DNA of 50,705 nt from a virus (IMGVR_UViG_3300017785_002213:1-50705), one strand, 5' to 3'. Positions 1 through 9,247 are shown, counted from the stretch's first letter. Notes: generated by a model not told the origin, from the letters alone. Translations and numbers: made by a program.

Positions 1-1065
1 ATCAAAATAAACATTGTCGAAATTATTATTGTAGTTTCCAAATGGCGATGACGAATCTGCTTCAATAAGAACGCCGCCTTTTTTTCCTGCGGCTACATAA
101 CAATTGCTAAATGTAGCATAATCATTTCCCCTAAATACAATAGCATATTCAGTATTGTTTCCGCTTATATGGCAATTTACAAACTGATGTGTGTATCCAT
201 CAAAATCCGTTCCAACAGTAGCTGCACCAATTTCAATAACTCCTTTACCTACATCAGTATTTGTTGATAAAAATGAACCTAATCGAATGTTATTATATCT
301 GCAATTGTATCCACCCCTTGAATTTAAGCAAGTTGCAAAACTTCTGATTTCTGAATTTATAATTACAAAATCTTGCGTTCTTTCAAGATAAACCCCAACT
401 TGATACGATGAAGTGCCTGTGCTTTCAATCACCATATTTATAATGTTGTTTGAATAAATACTGTTTCCTGATACCGAAGATTTGATTCTAATTGCAGTGG
501 ATACACTTGAATTATCCAATACTATTGTAGCGCAATTAATGAAATCAGAAACTAAACTTGTTTGGTTTGATTGTATTGTTATTGTGTTTGTTATTTTATA
601 TTTTCCTTTTGGAAAATAAATACACCCTCCAGAATTAGAATTGATAGCATTTTGAATCGCCGCAGTATCATCTGCAACTCCATCACCAACTGCCCCGTAA
701 TCTTTTACATTTGCAACATCAGCAAACCTAGTAACCAAGTTTCTTGCGGTTGTTGTCCCTGTTGCCAAAAATGGAGTAAACTCATCGAAGTCAAAATCAA
801 TCCAGCTTCCGCCCTGCCACACAAACATTTGGTTGGATGTGCTATTGAAATAAAGCGCACCTTCTTGAAGCGGGTTTCCTTCGTTGTCAGTTGTCGGTGC
901 TACCGCGAAAGTTCCGAGGTAAAGCGCGTTAAACTCAAGCCAGAGGTCTTCAGCCTTGTTAGCCTGCGTCTGGGCGTATTGGGCATACTGACCAGCCTTA
1001 GTGAGTGCTTGATTGAAAGATGAACCGCAAGGGTCGTGGTTACAATTAGAGTTGCAGCAGGACAT
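1..1065 (-). CDS. Tailspike / tail fibre with pectate-lyase-like beta-helix; C-terminal end runs off the window
   Basis: Absent from the ORF track. Manual translation from ATG at 1065: MSCCNSNCNHDPCG...YLGTFAVAPTTDNEGNPLQEGALYFN...RNLVTRFADVANVKDYGAVGDGVADDTAAIQNAI..., open to position 1. VKDYGAVGDG..DDTAAIQ is a typical tailspike motif. Confidence 0.85.
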   Translation of the reverse strand, partial: MSCCNSNCNHDPCGSSFNQALTKAGQYAQYAQTQANKAEDLWLEFNALYLGTFAVAPTTDNEGNPLQEGALYFNSTSNQMFVWQGGSWIDFDFDEFTPFLATGTTTARNLVTRFADVANVKDYGAVGDGVADDTAAIQNAINSNSGGCIYFPKGKYKITNTITIQSNQTSLVSDFINCATIVLDNSSVSTAIRIKSSVSGNSIYSNNIINMVIESTGTSSYQVGVYLERTQDFVIINSEIRSFATCLNSRGGYNCRYNNIRLGSFLSTNTDVGKGVIEIGAATVGTDFDGYTHQFVNCHISGNNTEYAIVFRGNDYATFSNCYVAAGKKGGVLIEADSSSPFGNYNNNFDNVYFD

Positions 1066-1090
1066 GATTTTTTACCTTATGTTTATGATT

Positions 1091-1513
1091 TTAGATTGCA
1101 AGGATTATTTTCTTGATCGTTGTTCCACTTGGTTGCGTTGTTGGGCCGCTATCCCATTTTACTTTTCCTTTGCCAATGTAGGTTCCGCGACTCTTTGGAT
1201 TATCCTTGCGAGCCACCCTTGTTCCTTCTGCTGGAGGCCATCCTATCGTTACCGATAATTTCTTTGTAGGTTCTTCTTTTTTTTCTATCTGCCTATATCC
1301 AACAGCAGTTACTTTCTTTTTAAGATTGTCATCCCAATATGTGATTGGTTTTTTTTCTACTTCACCATCCTTGATTGCGCGAGCTAGAATTTCTGCCACT
1401 CGTTCTGGAGAACATTCAAGTTGTTCAGAAATCGTTTCACGCGAGTCCCAGCCTTTCGGCCATTTATAGGCTTTCTTGCTGTGATCTTCTACTATTCGTT
1501 TCCAGTTTGCCAT
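1091..1513 (-). CDS. Hypothetical basic protein, possible HTH
   Basis: ORF track 1091..1543; likelier start MANWKR at 1513, just after the upstream stop. Confidence 0.6.
   Translation of the reverse strand: MANWKRIVEDHSKKAYKWPKGWDSRETISEQLECSPERVAEILARAIKDGEVEKKPITYWDDNLKKKVTAVGYRQIEKKEEPTKKLSVTIGWPPAEGTRVARKDNPKSRGTYIGKGKVKWDSGPTTQPSGTTIKKIILAI
1243..1258. repeat. Dispersed palindrome copy CTATCGTTACCGATAA
   Basis: 2 mismatches to TTATCGTTAACGATAA; inside a CDS. Confidence 0.75.
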
Positions 1514-1518
1514 AGGTT

Positions 1519-2529
1519 TTAATCTTCTAAAAATATAGGCCAAGTTCCTGTTCTTCCGCGTTTTGCGTCGAAAAGGAAATATGTTTGTTGTGGTGGTTCG
1601 TATGGAGCCTTGATAGAAATAGAATAGCTATTCGCTCCTACCAGACTCCCGTTGGAAATCCATTTCGGATTCTGTTGCGATGTGTGCCAATGACCAAAGA
1701 TGTCCAAGTCAGCAGAACGACCCTTGTTCCAGCTTGAGATAGCCTTCTCTGTAGGAATAGTCAATCCACCAATTCCACCTTGGTATTTCAGTTGATCGCC
1801 ATGGTGAAGTCTGATCGTCTTTCCGTAGATTTCGAGATAGGTATGGTATGATTCGCCGACTAACCAAGTAACGCCATCGGTAATCTCCTGCTCAAGCAAT
1901 TTATATAGCAGCCACTCATAGCTGTTCTTGTAGGCTGTGGAATGGCGGGGCTTGATCGTTGTGCGTCCGTGGTTGCCAATCGAGCATGGGATAATAATAT
2001 GCTCGAAGTTTCCTTCTTTTCGAATTGTGTTGATGAGTTTTGATAGAACATTCTTCAGCCACAAGATTGTTTGAGTAGGAGATAATTCATTCTCTTCACG
2101 CAGTTCTTCATGGATGTATCCAGTCATCAAGTCACCCAAAATAGCCAGAATTAATACTGGAATATCTCTTCCGCCACGCTCGATTTCTGTAAGCCTGAGG
2201 ATAGCTTTTGTTGCTGTCTCAATTCGTTTTTCTGCAATGCCAAGGTTGAATTCGTTAAGATAGTTTACCGTGCGAGGATCGACCTTCTCTTCTACGTGCC
2301 AGTCAGATAATACAGCTACCGCCGCTGATTCATGTCCCTTTTCTTTTCGATCATACTTAAATGATGACGTGATTGGCCCTGATTGTTTTAGTGCTTCGGT
2401 TACGCCCAACTGAGATTCAAGGTCTGAAACTGTTTCTTGATAGCGTTTGATTTGGTTTTTTAGATCGGTAACTTCTGTTCTATGAGCTTTAGCTGTTGAG
2501 TCCCGTTCAATCTGTTGCCATTTTTTCAT
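1519..2529 (-). CDS. Calcineurin-like metallophosphoesterase with N-terminal coiled coil
   Basis: Motifs SDWH, GDL, GNHGR, HHGD, GHWH in canonical order. Confidence 0.85.
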   Translation of the reverse strand: MKKWQQIERDSTAKAHRTEVTDLKNQIKRYQETVSDLESQLGVTEALKQSGPITSSFKYDRKEKGHESAAVAVLSDWHVEEKVDPRTVNYLNEFNLGIAEKRIETATKAILRLTEIERGGRDIPVLILAILGDLMTGYIHEELREENELSPTQTILWLKNVLSKLINTIRKEGNFEHIIIPCSIGNHGRTTIKPRHSTAYKNSYEWLLYKLLEQEITDGVTWLVGESYHTYLEIYGKTIRLHHGDQLKYQGGIGGLTIPTEKAISSWNKGRSADLDIFGHWHTSQQNPKWISNGSLVGANSYSISIKAPYEPPQQTYFLFDAKRGRTGTWPIFLED

Positions 2530-2753
2530 TCTTCATCCTCCTCAAGTTCTGCTGATGTTTCGTCTTCATCAAAAAATTCGGATGCTCGATCAGCCAAGTT
2601 TTGTGTGGCGTATTCGTTTCCGAACTTTGTTTCCATGTGATATGTTGTTCCTTGTTCTTCCCAACACACAATTGCTATTCCTGCATCAAAATGATCTGAT
2701 AATATTTTTCTTACTTCAGCGATGGCTTGCTCTTGTGTTTTTGGAGCTTTCAT
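2526..2753 (-). CDS. Hypothetical protein with acidic C-terminus
   Basis: Start MKAPKT overlaps the endolysin stop (ATGA). Confidence 0.6.
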   Translation of the reverse strand: MKAPKTQEQAIAEVRKILSDHFDAGIAIVCWEEQGTTYHMETKFGNEYATQNLADRASEFFDEDETSAELEEDEE

Positions 2754-3331
2754 TGAGTATATTGAAAATGCATAGCATCTCGGCCAATAACCGCGCCAAG
2801 GTTGATCCACCCGTGCTGTGCGAAGACCTCAATCACCTGTAGCGGCATCCGCGATCTTGTAGGCCATACTGTGTGCAGACCATTGTGATTAGCGTCTATA
2901 TCAATTGCTGCTGCCCATGCGTGTTTACTTGGCTCTGATCCTCCGCGCTGGGGTCTGTTCACATAGCTTCCGAAGAACTTGTCGATACCTGCCGCGCTCC
3001 TTGAGTCTGCGGTATGATAGATGTCTAGCAAGTCCTCAAAGATTTCCATGAGGCTTTCGGCGCACTTGGCGTGGATGGAAATCCCGCTGATCACCTCTGG
3101 CCCGTCATACAGATACATTTTGTATGGAGGCTTGATTCTGACGATAGGAACTTTCCCCGGCTCGCCGAAGAACTCCATGCAGGCTTTCGTGCTAGGCTTT
3201 GGTGAGATAGGAGGATTGGGAGACATGATAGCAAGGTGCTTCTTTAAAGCAGCCATACTCTTCGGCCCCCACCACCCGTCTGGCTTCACGCCAATACGGG
3301 CTTGCATACTCTCTATCTCAGCCCTAGTCAT
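2750..3331 (-). CDS. Endolysin, peptidase M15 family, with N-terminal peptidoglycan-binding-like segment
   Basis: SKHAWAAAIDI and DAMHFQ Zn-peptidase motifs; N-terminal GVKPDGWWGPKS. Confidence 0.8.
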   Translation of the reverse strand: MTRAEIESMQARIGVKPDGWWGPKSMAALKKHLAIMSPNPPISPKPSTKACMEFFGEPGKVPIVRIKPPYKMYLYDGPEVISGISIHAKCAESLMEIFEDLLDIYHTADSRSAAGIDKFFGSYVNRPQRGGSEPSKHAWAAAIDIDANHNGLHTVWPTRSRMPLQVIEVFAQHGWINLGAVIGRDAMHFQYTQ

Positions 3332-3501
3332 TTGCCTTTACGAAGCACATTGATGACGCCGACTAAGCCCAAGCCAGCGACGAGGATTTGGTTCTGCAAC
3401 TCTGGATCGAGCTTAACTCCAAGCGCAGTTGCGACGAGGATAAGTCCACGCCATGTGCTATTTTCGCTGAGTCGTTCAAGTAGGATATTTACGATTTTCA
3501 T
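3328..3501 (-). CDS. Holin-like small membrane protein (57 aa)
   Basis: Below the ORF-track cutoff. MKIVNILLERLSENSTWRGLILVATALGVKLDPELQNQILVAGLGLVGVINVLRKGK has two hydrophobic segments and lies directly upstream of the endolysin. Confidence 0.65.
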   Translation of the reverse strand: MKIVNILLERLSENSTWRGLILVATALGVKLDPELQNQILVAGLGLVGVINVLRKGK

Positions 3502-3502
3502 A

Positions 3503-3709
3503 TTATTTGTCTTTTATTGTCTTTGAGAAGTGCTGCCATGCATACACTACATTGGCGTCAGCTTCTCGGTCTGGGTTCTGGTATGGAACATACGACACCG
3601 CTAGTCTGATAGAGCCAAGTTTTCCTTGGTTTTGACCAGACGGCGGTATCGGTATGCTCACACAGGAGGAAAGTAATGCAACCGTGATTATCGTTAACGA
3701 TAATTTCAT
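3503..3709 (-). CDS. Small lipoprotein, possible spanin component
   Basis: Signal peptide with lipobox LLSSC, in the lysis cluster. Confidence 0.55.
   Translation of the reverse strand: MKLSLTIITVALLSSCVSIPIPPSGQNQGKLGSIRLAVSYVPYQNPDREADANVVYAWQHFSKTIKDK
3688..3703. repeat. Dispersed palindrome TTATCGTTAACGATAA (perfect)
   Basis: Read directly; lies in codons 3-8 of the lipoprotein gene. Confidence 0.95.
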
Positions 3710-3912
3710 TGTTTATTTTTTCTTTCAATGTAACGCTTCTCTAGCATAACAAAAATTGAAACAATAGCAGCCAGCATTCCGAATCCTGCCGCTCCCATTC
3801 TAAGCCATAATTCTAAGTGTGGTAACATGGAAACAATTGCTGATGCCATTCCAAGTATCGCCCCGGCAAAGCCAGTTCCGTGAGATGAGAGTCCTTGTGG
3901 ATCAGTATTCAT
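3706..3912 (-). CDS. Holin-like membrane protein
   Basis: Two hydrophobic helices and a basic C-terminus, in the lysis cluster. Confidence 0.55.
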   Translation of the reverse strand: MNTDPQGLSSHGTGFAGAILGMASAIVSMLPHLELWLRMGAAGFGMLAAIVSIFVMLEKRYIERKNKQ

Positions 3913-3943
3913 AAAATTTTGTGATTTGATTACTTAGTATTGT

Positions 3944-4261
3944 TTAAATTTCAGAGTCGGCTTGCGGAATCATGGAAACAGCTTCGGCCATGGGGAGGAT
4001 TTGGACTTGCGGGAAAAGCTCGGCGGGGAGATGCGCGAATCCCTGCGCGTAGAGTCCACCGGGTCCGGTCTCGGTGAGGAGGGCGGCGCAGAGCATGAGT
4101 CGGCCATCTACGAGCGGCACGGGCGCGGCGACATGGCGCGGATCGCCGTATTGCGCTTGGACTTCGCCGAGCGTGGCTGCTTGCTCGGGCGTCAGGACGA
4201 TGGCGAGATCGCGGGCGGTCTCGTAGCTCACGGGCTGGGAAATGAGGTCGGCGAGGGTCAT
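3944..4261 (-). CDS. Hypothetical protein, possible tail-fibre assembly partner
   Basis: GC-rich ORF translationally coupled to the upstream fibre-like gene. Confidence 0.55.
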   Translation of the reverse strand: MTLADLISQPVSYETARDLAIVLTPEQAATLGEVQAQYGDPRHVAAPVPLVDGRLMLCAALLTETGPGGLYAQGFAHLPAELFPQVQILPMAEAVSMIPQADSEI

Positions 4262-5043
4262 GGGATGGCGGCGGCGAGGTCGGTCATGAGCGTGCTCACG
4301 CGGGTGTCGAGGAGGGCGAGGTTGAGAGATTCGCCGATGGAGTAAAATGAAAGTCGGGCGTCGGAGTTTGCTGCTTGAGATTCGTTTCTGAATACCATAA
4401 TATTTGATGTGACTCCAGACGCAGAAGTGACATTGAAGGTCGTGTTTAAGCTTCCGCTTCGAGCGATATAGCTTGTAGAGACCGACCTGCTACTGCCTTT
4501 AAATCCTGTAGTTAGGTGCTGATTCGCAATAGACTGTAGTCCGCTTGGATTTCTATTCCTAAAAATTAGTGAAGTTGATGTTGTGATGTTTGTCGATCCA
4601 GCCGCCGAAGAAGATCCCGCGCCAATCAAACCACGAAACGAAGTTCCTGTTTGGATGGTATCGACATAAACACTTTGGTGAAAATTGTTCTGAGGATCGG
4701 CATTGTTTGCGCGACTGGAATTCAGATATTTTGTTGACCCGTTTCCTTTTAATCCCGTCTCTCGATTGTAATCTCCAGAAACGAAGTTGAAATTGGTAGG
4801 AGCTGTGCCGACGAGTGGCTTGAGCGCACCGGATAGAGTCCGCGCTCCGGCAAGGATGCAACTTACTTTGATCGCGCTCCAGATGCCGTCCGACTTGCAG
4901 CCGAGGACGAAGTTTTCGACCGCTGTGATGACTCCATTTTCCAACTGCTGCCCGTCGGCAGCTTCCACGGCGAGAATGTAGGCGTTGACATCGGAATCAG
5001 AAGACCGAGGTGCGGCGAACCGATATGGATTGATGAGGAGCAT
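4258..5043 (-). CDS. Putative tail/receptor-binding-associated protein
   Basis: Ser/Thr/Gly-rich beta-type sequence among fibre genes. Confidence 0.55.
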   Translation of the reverse strand: MLLINPYRFAAPRSSDSDVNAYILAVEAADGQQLENGVITAVENFVLGCKSDGIWSAIKVSCILAGARTLSGALKPLVGTAPTNFNFVSGDYNRETGLKGNGSTKYLNSSRANNADPQNNFHQSVYVDTIQTGTSFRGLIGAGSSSAAGSTNITTSTSLIFRNRNPSGLQSIANQHLTTGFKGSSRSVSTSYIARSGSLNTTFNVTSASGVTSNIMVFRNESQAANSDARLSFYSIGESLNLALLDTRVSTLMTDLAAAIP

Positions 5044-5753
5044 TAGCGGGTTCCGATGAGCCAGACTTTGAGGCCAGCCCCGGCGGTAGTGGAGCCAACT
5101 TGGTCGATGTCGATGGTGATCTCGGCATCGTCGGCGAGCGATGAGTCGCTGATGACGGCAGCGGTGGCGGCGGTGGTGGAGGTTTTCTCGGAGGCGTCGA
5201 TGGAGAGTTTGGTGGAGAGGATGGAGGAGCCGCCTTCGTTGATGTCCACAATCAGCGTGGAGCCGACAGGGGCGGTGGTGAGTGTGGCGCGGACAGCAGT
5301 GAGCGTCATAGCGCAGGGCAGGCGGAATGTGACTTTGGCCGTTCCTGTGGTGAGGGCCGTTGTCTCGTCAGAGCAAGCGAGTCCGATTTCAATTGGAACA
5401 GAACTGCCGCCCGAAACATCATCCAATGTCGCTAAAGTCCCATTCTTATCTGGAAGAGTAAGCGTTCGATTAGTTGTGCTAGTCGGTGTTAGCGTTGTAG
5501 CGTTTGCGCCAACAGAGAGAACAAGATTGCCAGCATTAGTCAGTTCAAGCTCATTAGCTTTGTCTAATGAAAGAAGTTGATCGTGCGAATGAAGATATGG
5601 CGCACCAATTTCAACGATAGCACCTGTGCTTGGATGCTTGCCATACCATTGCTGGTCTGCGTAATTTACTGCGACTTCGCCACTAACTAAATCGGTAGTA
5701 AGCGGAACTTTGCTTACAACACTTTTTTTGGGAATAATCCTTGGATTTGCCAT
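5043..5753 (-). CDS. Tail fibre-like protein
   Basis: N-terminus MANPRIIPKK...GEVAVNYAD resembles that of the 5811-6458 product; TLTLPDKNGTLAT fibre motif. Confidence 0.65.
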   Translation of the reverse strand: MANPRIIPKKSVVSKVPLTTDLVSGEVAVNYADQQWYGKHPSTGAIVEIGAPYLHSHDQLLSLDKANELELTNAGNLVLSVGANATTLTPTSTTNRTLTLPDKNGTLATLDDVSGGSSVPIEIGLACSDETTALTTGTAKVTFRLPCAMTLTAVRATLTTAPVGSTLIVDINEGGSSILSTKLSIDASEKTSTTAATAAVISDSSLADDAEITIDIDQVGSTTAGAGLKVWLIGTR

Positions 5754-5761
5754 CTTATAGA

Positions 5762-5800
5762 AGAGGGGTTGCCCCCGTGGGTTTTACCCCACGGAGGACT
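5762..5800 (-). terminator. Intergenic GC-rich hairpin, possible terminator
   Basis: CCCCGTGGG...CCCACGGAGG inverted repeat between fibre genes. Confidence 0.45.
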
Positions 5801-5810
5801 TTATTGTTTT

Positions 5811-6458
5811 TTAGTAGGTTCCGCCGTCGATTGTGGTTTCGAGAGCAGTCACGCGAGTGTCGAGAGCCGAGTCGGCGCTAACGCGAGCGGATGCTTCGTT
5901 GGTGATAGCGGTTGCGTTGGTAACGATGTCAGCTTCAGCGGTCGTGACGCGAGTTGCAAGAGCAGTAGCATCAGACTCAACATAATCAATGCGGCTACCG
6001 AGAGCGGAGTCGCCATCTTGACGGTCGCTAACCTCTTGAGCGAGGGCAGCGTCATTGCTAAGAACATAGCCAGCAAAAGCTGTATCATTCGTAGTATCAA
6101 CGGAATTGATAAGAGCAACGATTTCAGCGAAGGTGTCTTTGTCAGCGTCAGCAGCCGAGAGGATCGCATCGACGCGATTTTTCTCGGTGGTGATTTTGCC
6201 GTCAAGAGCCGTGTCAGCAGCGATACGCGCAGTCTCTTCAGCAGCGATAGCAGAAGTCAGACTGGAGTTGGCTGTGCTAACAGCGGAGTCAGCATAAGCC
6301 TTGGTAGCGAAGGTTCCTTCACCGCCAATAGCGAGAACTGATCCGTCAGCTTTACCGACGAACAGGTTTTTATTTGTGAGGTCAATTGCCAACTCACCTG
6401 CGACGAGGGAAGCTGGCGTTGTTGAACCGCGTTTGATTTTAATGATTGGATTAGCCAT
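5811..6458 (-). CDS. Fibre protein with Mtd-N-like head and coiled-coil shaft
   Basis: IKIKRG..P..L..GELAI N-terminus, Ala-rich heptads (EETARIAAD, EASARVSAD), C-terminal IDGGTY. Confidence 0.7.
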   Translation of the reverse strand: MANPIIKIKRGSTTPASLVAGELAIDLTNKNLFVGKADGSVLAIGGEGTFATKAYADSAVSTANSSLTSAIAAEETARIAADTALDGKITTEKNRVDAILSAADADKDTFAEIVALINSVDTTNDTAFAGYVLSNDAALAQEVSDRQDGDSALGSRIDYVESDATALATRVTTAEADIVTNATAITNEASARVSADSALDTRVTALETTIDGGTY

Positions 6459-6518
6459 TTTATTTTATTTTTGTTTGTTTGTTTGTTTTTCTGTTTGTTC
6501 AGAAATTTTTAAAAAGTT

Positions 6519-6728
6519 TTAAAAGCCTCCACCATCAACTTCTTCGCCATCATATTCTCCAGCGTCGATTCTTTCCAAATTTACCAATTCACCATTTTGG
6601 ATTTCAGCAATTTGATTTCCATTTGGAAGAGTAGTTAATATAGAGTCTATAGCAACAAGAATGTCATAGAGTTGACCATCCAATGTCTTCTCTTTAAAAC
6701 AAGCTGGAGTGATCAATTCGTCTGGCAT
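6519..6728 (-). CDS. Small structural protein with CFxExTxDxQLY module and DGG C-terminus
   Basis: ACFKEKTLDGQLYDIL; ends VDGGGF. Confidence 0.6.
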   Translation of the reverse strand: MPDELITPACFKEKTLDGQLYDILVAIDSILTTLPNGNQIAEIQNGELVNLERIDAGEYDGEEVDGGGF

Positions 6729-6762
6729 GGGCTTATTCTATATTTGTATCTAGTAAAATCAA
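6729..6762 (-). promoter_or_regulatory. Sigma70-like promoter, probably leaderless
   Basis: TTGATT-N16-TAGAAT-N6-ATG(6728). Confidence 0.5.
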
Positions 6763-6771
6763 GTGGGTTTC

Positions 6772-7332
6772 TTATGCGATTTTGTGAATATTTACAATCA
6801 CGCTAGGAGTCTCTGGAATTGATGGAGATGTTTGTGCGGCAAATTCAGCGAGCGACAATTGAGTGCTATTTGCATGCCAGAAGATTTGCACATAATCCCC
6901 AGCGTTTTGCGCCATACCAGTAAGCTCAAAATTAGCTACCAAGTAAGATGCAATGCCAGAGTTCTTCCGAGGCTGCATATCAAACCTTGTTGTGCTATGC
7001 GGGTAGTTGTTACCCATGTATTTCAACCAGCAATCGAAAGAATGCACGGCGTTGTCTGGGTTAATTACCTGCAAGGAGAATGACAAGGCATATACTCCAG
7101 TTTGAGAAAATGTAATCCTATCCCCACCAACAATACTAATTCCATTGGAAAGATATTGAGAGTTGATCCTTACCGCTTGGGGAGTTCCAACCGCAAGGAA
7201 TGGTTGCGTTGTCGTATCATAAAATGCAGCATAAGCATTCCCGTATGGAGTAGATGTGTCGATAGCCTTAAGAATCTCGTAAAGCTGTCCATCCGAAGTA
7301 AGCTCTTTGAAGCAATTTTCTGGCATAATCAT
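6772..7332 (-). CDS. Structural protein: CFxExTxDxQLY module plus C1q/BclA-like beta domain
   Basis: NCFKELTSDGQLYEIL followed by ITFSQTGVYALSFSLQ; start at 7332 overlaps the upstream stop. Confidence 0.6.
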   Translation of the reverse strand: MIMPENCFKELTSDGQLYEILKAIDTSTPYGNAYAAFYDTTTQPFLAVGTPQAVRINSQYLSNGISIVGGDRITFSQTGVYALSFSLQVINPDNAVHSFDCWLKYMGNNYPHSTTRFDMQPRKNSGIASYLVANFELTGMAQNAGDYVQIFWHANSTQLSLAEFAAQTSPSIPETPSVIVNIHKIA

Positions 7333-8234
7333 ACTTTTGGCGGGAAGTTTTTGTATGGATGGCCGATTGGAAGATTGGATTCTAAGCCCCATTTCCAAGC
7401 AAGGTATCCCTCTACTATTTGTTGTTGGGTATTATCAGAAAAAGCAACTGCTTCAGCAATGTATCCATCTAGATCACTAGCCTCAACCTCGTTGTGTCCT
7501 AATTGTAAAATGGTAAATGAGTTTGTCCCAATATTCCCAGTATTCGTTTGCGTTCCGTTCACTCTCCATGCTGAAGTCGCAGCATTGAATTTCGGAATAG
7601 TTAGATATGGCTGTCCTCTTGTTACCGTTACACCAGCTTGCATCGGTTGGGTTATGCCAGTGTTGGAACCACCTATAATTTCTAAATTATTAGGAACAGT
7701 CCACCTTGCAGATAATCTTGTTCCCGGCCCAGTAGTCGTTCTGCCAGCTAGAAAGAAATACTGTAAGGCTGTAACATTTACTTCAAGAACCATCGCAATA
7801 TTTATAGGCGTTGCAGCTTGGTTGTATGTAAATGCAGTATTCTGTAAACAGTTATTTCCTGTCCACTCAAAAACATTCAGCCCATTCAATGTGCGTGTTC
7901 CTGTATTCGGGCCTACTTGCCCAGAAGCCCTTGTCAGAGTGTAACTGTTTCCCGACTTATCGAGGACTTGAGTTACTTGGCTTCCTGTCGCGGTGATCGT
8001 CGCCAAGTCTGCGGCGTCATACCAGAAAATGGTTGGTATTTGCGTGGGAGTCCAAAGCTCTCTCTTTAAAGCCGCATATACCAAGTAAAGCTGAGAATCC
8101 AGAGTTAGCTCGTTGAAACATTCGCGTGATGGAATGTCTTCGGCATATCCCTTCTCTACCATCTTCTGCAAGATTGTGTAAAGTTGGTTATCAATTGTTT
8201 TACCAATAAAACAATTTCTGTCTTCTACAGCCAT
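7329..8234 (-). CDS. Structural protein: two CF..QLY modules plus lectin/LamG-like domain
   Basis: WYDAAD...DKSGN...DGYIAEAV...VEGYLAWKWG pattern common in phage fibre/lectin-like proteins. Confidence 0.65.
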   Translation of the reverse strand: MAVEDRNCFIGKTIDNQLYTILQKMVEKGYAEDIPSRECFNELTLDSQLYLVYAALKRELWTPTQIPTIFWYDAADLATITATGSQVTQVLDKSGNSYTLTRASGQVGPNTGTRTLNGLNVFEWTGNNCLQNTAFTYNQAATPINIAMVLEVNVTALQYFFLAGRTTTGPGTRLSARWTVPNNLEIIGGSNTGITQPMQAGVTVTRGQPYLTIPKFNAATSAWRVNGTQTNTGNIGTNSFTILQLGHNEVEASDLDGYIAEAVAFSDNTQQQIVEGYLAWKWGLESNLPIGHPYKNFPPKV

Positions 8235-8277
8235 TGAAATATATTTTCAAAAGCGCGTTGAACTTAACCGCGCTCGG

Positions 8278-8293
8278 TTATCGTTAACGATAA
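8278..8293. repeat. Dispersed palindrome (perfect)
   Basis: Intergenic, adjacent to a hairpin. Confidence 0.95.
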
Positions 8294-8326
8294 TTAGGCA
8301 GGGAGGAATTTACCTCCCCACCTAAT
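8293..8326 (-). terminator. Hairpin after the 8334-8945 gene
   Basis: ATTAGG..GGGAGG / CCTCCC..CCTAAT inverted repeat. Confidence 0.5.
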
Positions 8327-8333
8327 CAGATTT

Positions 8334-8945
8334 TTACCAGTAGACGCCGATGGCGAAGGCGTTCACTTTAAGTGCGCCAACTCGTCCAGCGGTATCAGCA
8401 CCAGAAACCACATCAACACCAGCGTTCTCGTAGGTGAAGGTGGTCGCATCCACAACAATCACGCAGGCGTCCACAGCGTTGAAGCTGGTATCAGTCATCG
8501 AAGCGATGGTGATAAGGTCGCCAGTAGTGAAGCCATGAGCAGCACCAGTCACGATGGTTGCAACACCATTCGTGCGAGCGCGGGTGGCAGTAGCTTGACC
8601 AGCACCAACGACAACCTTCTCAAGAGTGAGCGTGTCGGTTCCGCTGACAGTCGGGACAGGGTTGGCAACGAGCGCAAGGTAATTGGCTCCACCAACATTG
8701 TCGAGTGCATCGGTAATGGTGAGGGTTCCCGTGATAGCAGAGGTTCCATCGGTGGCGCGAACTTGAGGATCGGTGGCCGTGGTTCCTTTGGCGTATACGG
8801 TTTCGAGGATAACGCTCTGAACGAGGAAACGGGTGTCTTGATCGTTGAGACGAACGAGGACAGCGTTACCAGCTTCCAAGAGGTTGATGGTTTGAGGGCC
8901 GAACATAGCGACCCGATCAGGAGTGTAAGGGCGTCGATTAGACAT
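8334..8945 (-). CDS. Putative virion structural or decoration protein
   Basis: Downstream of the capsid gene; ATIVTGAAHGFTTGD beta-repeat; capsid-like codon bias. Confidence 0.6.
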   Translation of the reverse strand: MSNRRPYTPDRVAMFGPQTINLLEAGNAVLVRLNDQDTRFLVQSVILETVYAKGTTATDPQVRATDGTSAITGTLTITDALDNVGGANYLALVANPVPTVSGTDTLTLEKVVVGAGQATATRARTNGVATIVTGAAHGFTTGDLITIASMTDTSFNAVDACVIVVDATTFTYENAGVDVVSGADTAGRVGALKVNAFAIGVYW

Positions 8946-8963
8946 ATTATTTAATTAGTTTTG

Positions 8964-9233
8964 TTACAGAGGTGGTGTAAAAGCAGACGCGAGAGCCTCG
9001 TTGACGAGATTCATTTGAGCGTCTTCTGTTAGCTGTTCAAAGCAGTTTTGTGTTACTGGAGATTCGTATCCAGCAATCGTCGCAAGCGTAATGTAGAACT
9101 GGTAAAGTTTACCAGAGCTATTCATCTCGCTGTAGCATCCGAGTCCAACTGGAGAAATACCAGCGGCATTCGCAAGCGTCCGAACGAATTGATAAGAGCG
9201 ATCTGCGTAACTGAGGTCTGTGAAGCAAGCCAT
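8964..9233 (-). CDS. Small protein built from three CF/CY..Q modules
   Basis: MACFTDLSYADRSYQF / GCYSEMNSSGKLYQF / NCFEQLTEDAQMNL. Confidence 0.6.
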   Translation of the reverse strand: MACFTDLSYADRSYQFVRTLANAAGISPVGLGCYSEMNSSGKLYQFYITLATIAGYESPVTQNCFEQLTEDAQMNLVNEALASAFTPPL

Positions 9234-9247
9234 TTTATTATTCCTTT

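Noticed and set aside
4258-5043. Diversity-generating retroelement acting on fibre genes
   Set aside because: No reverse transcriptase and no template/variable repeat pair seen.
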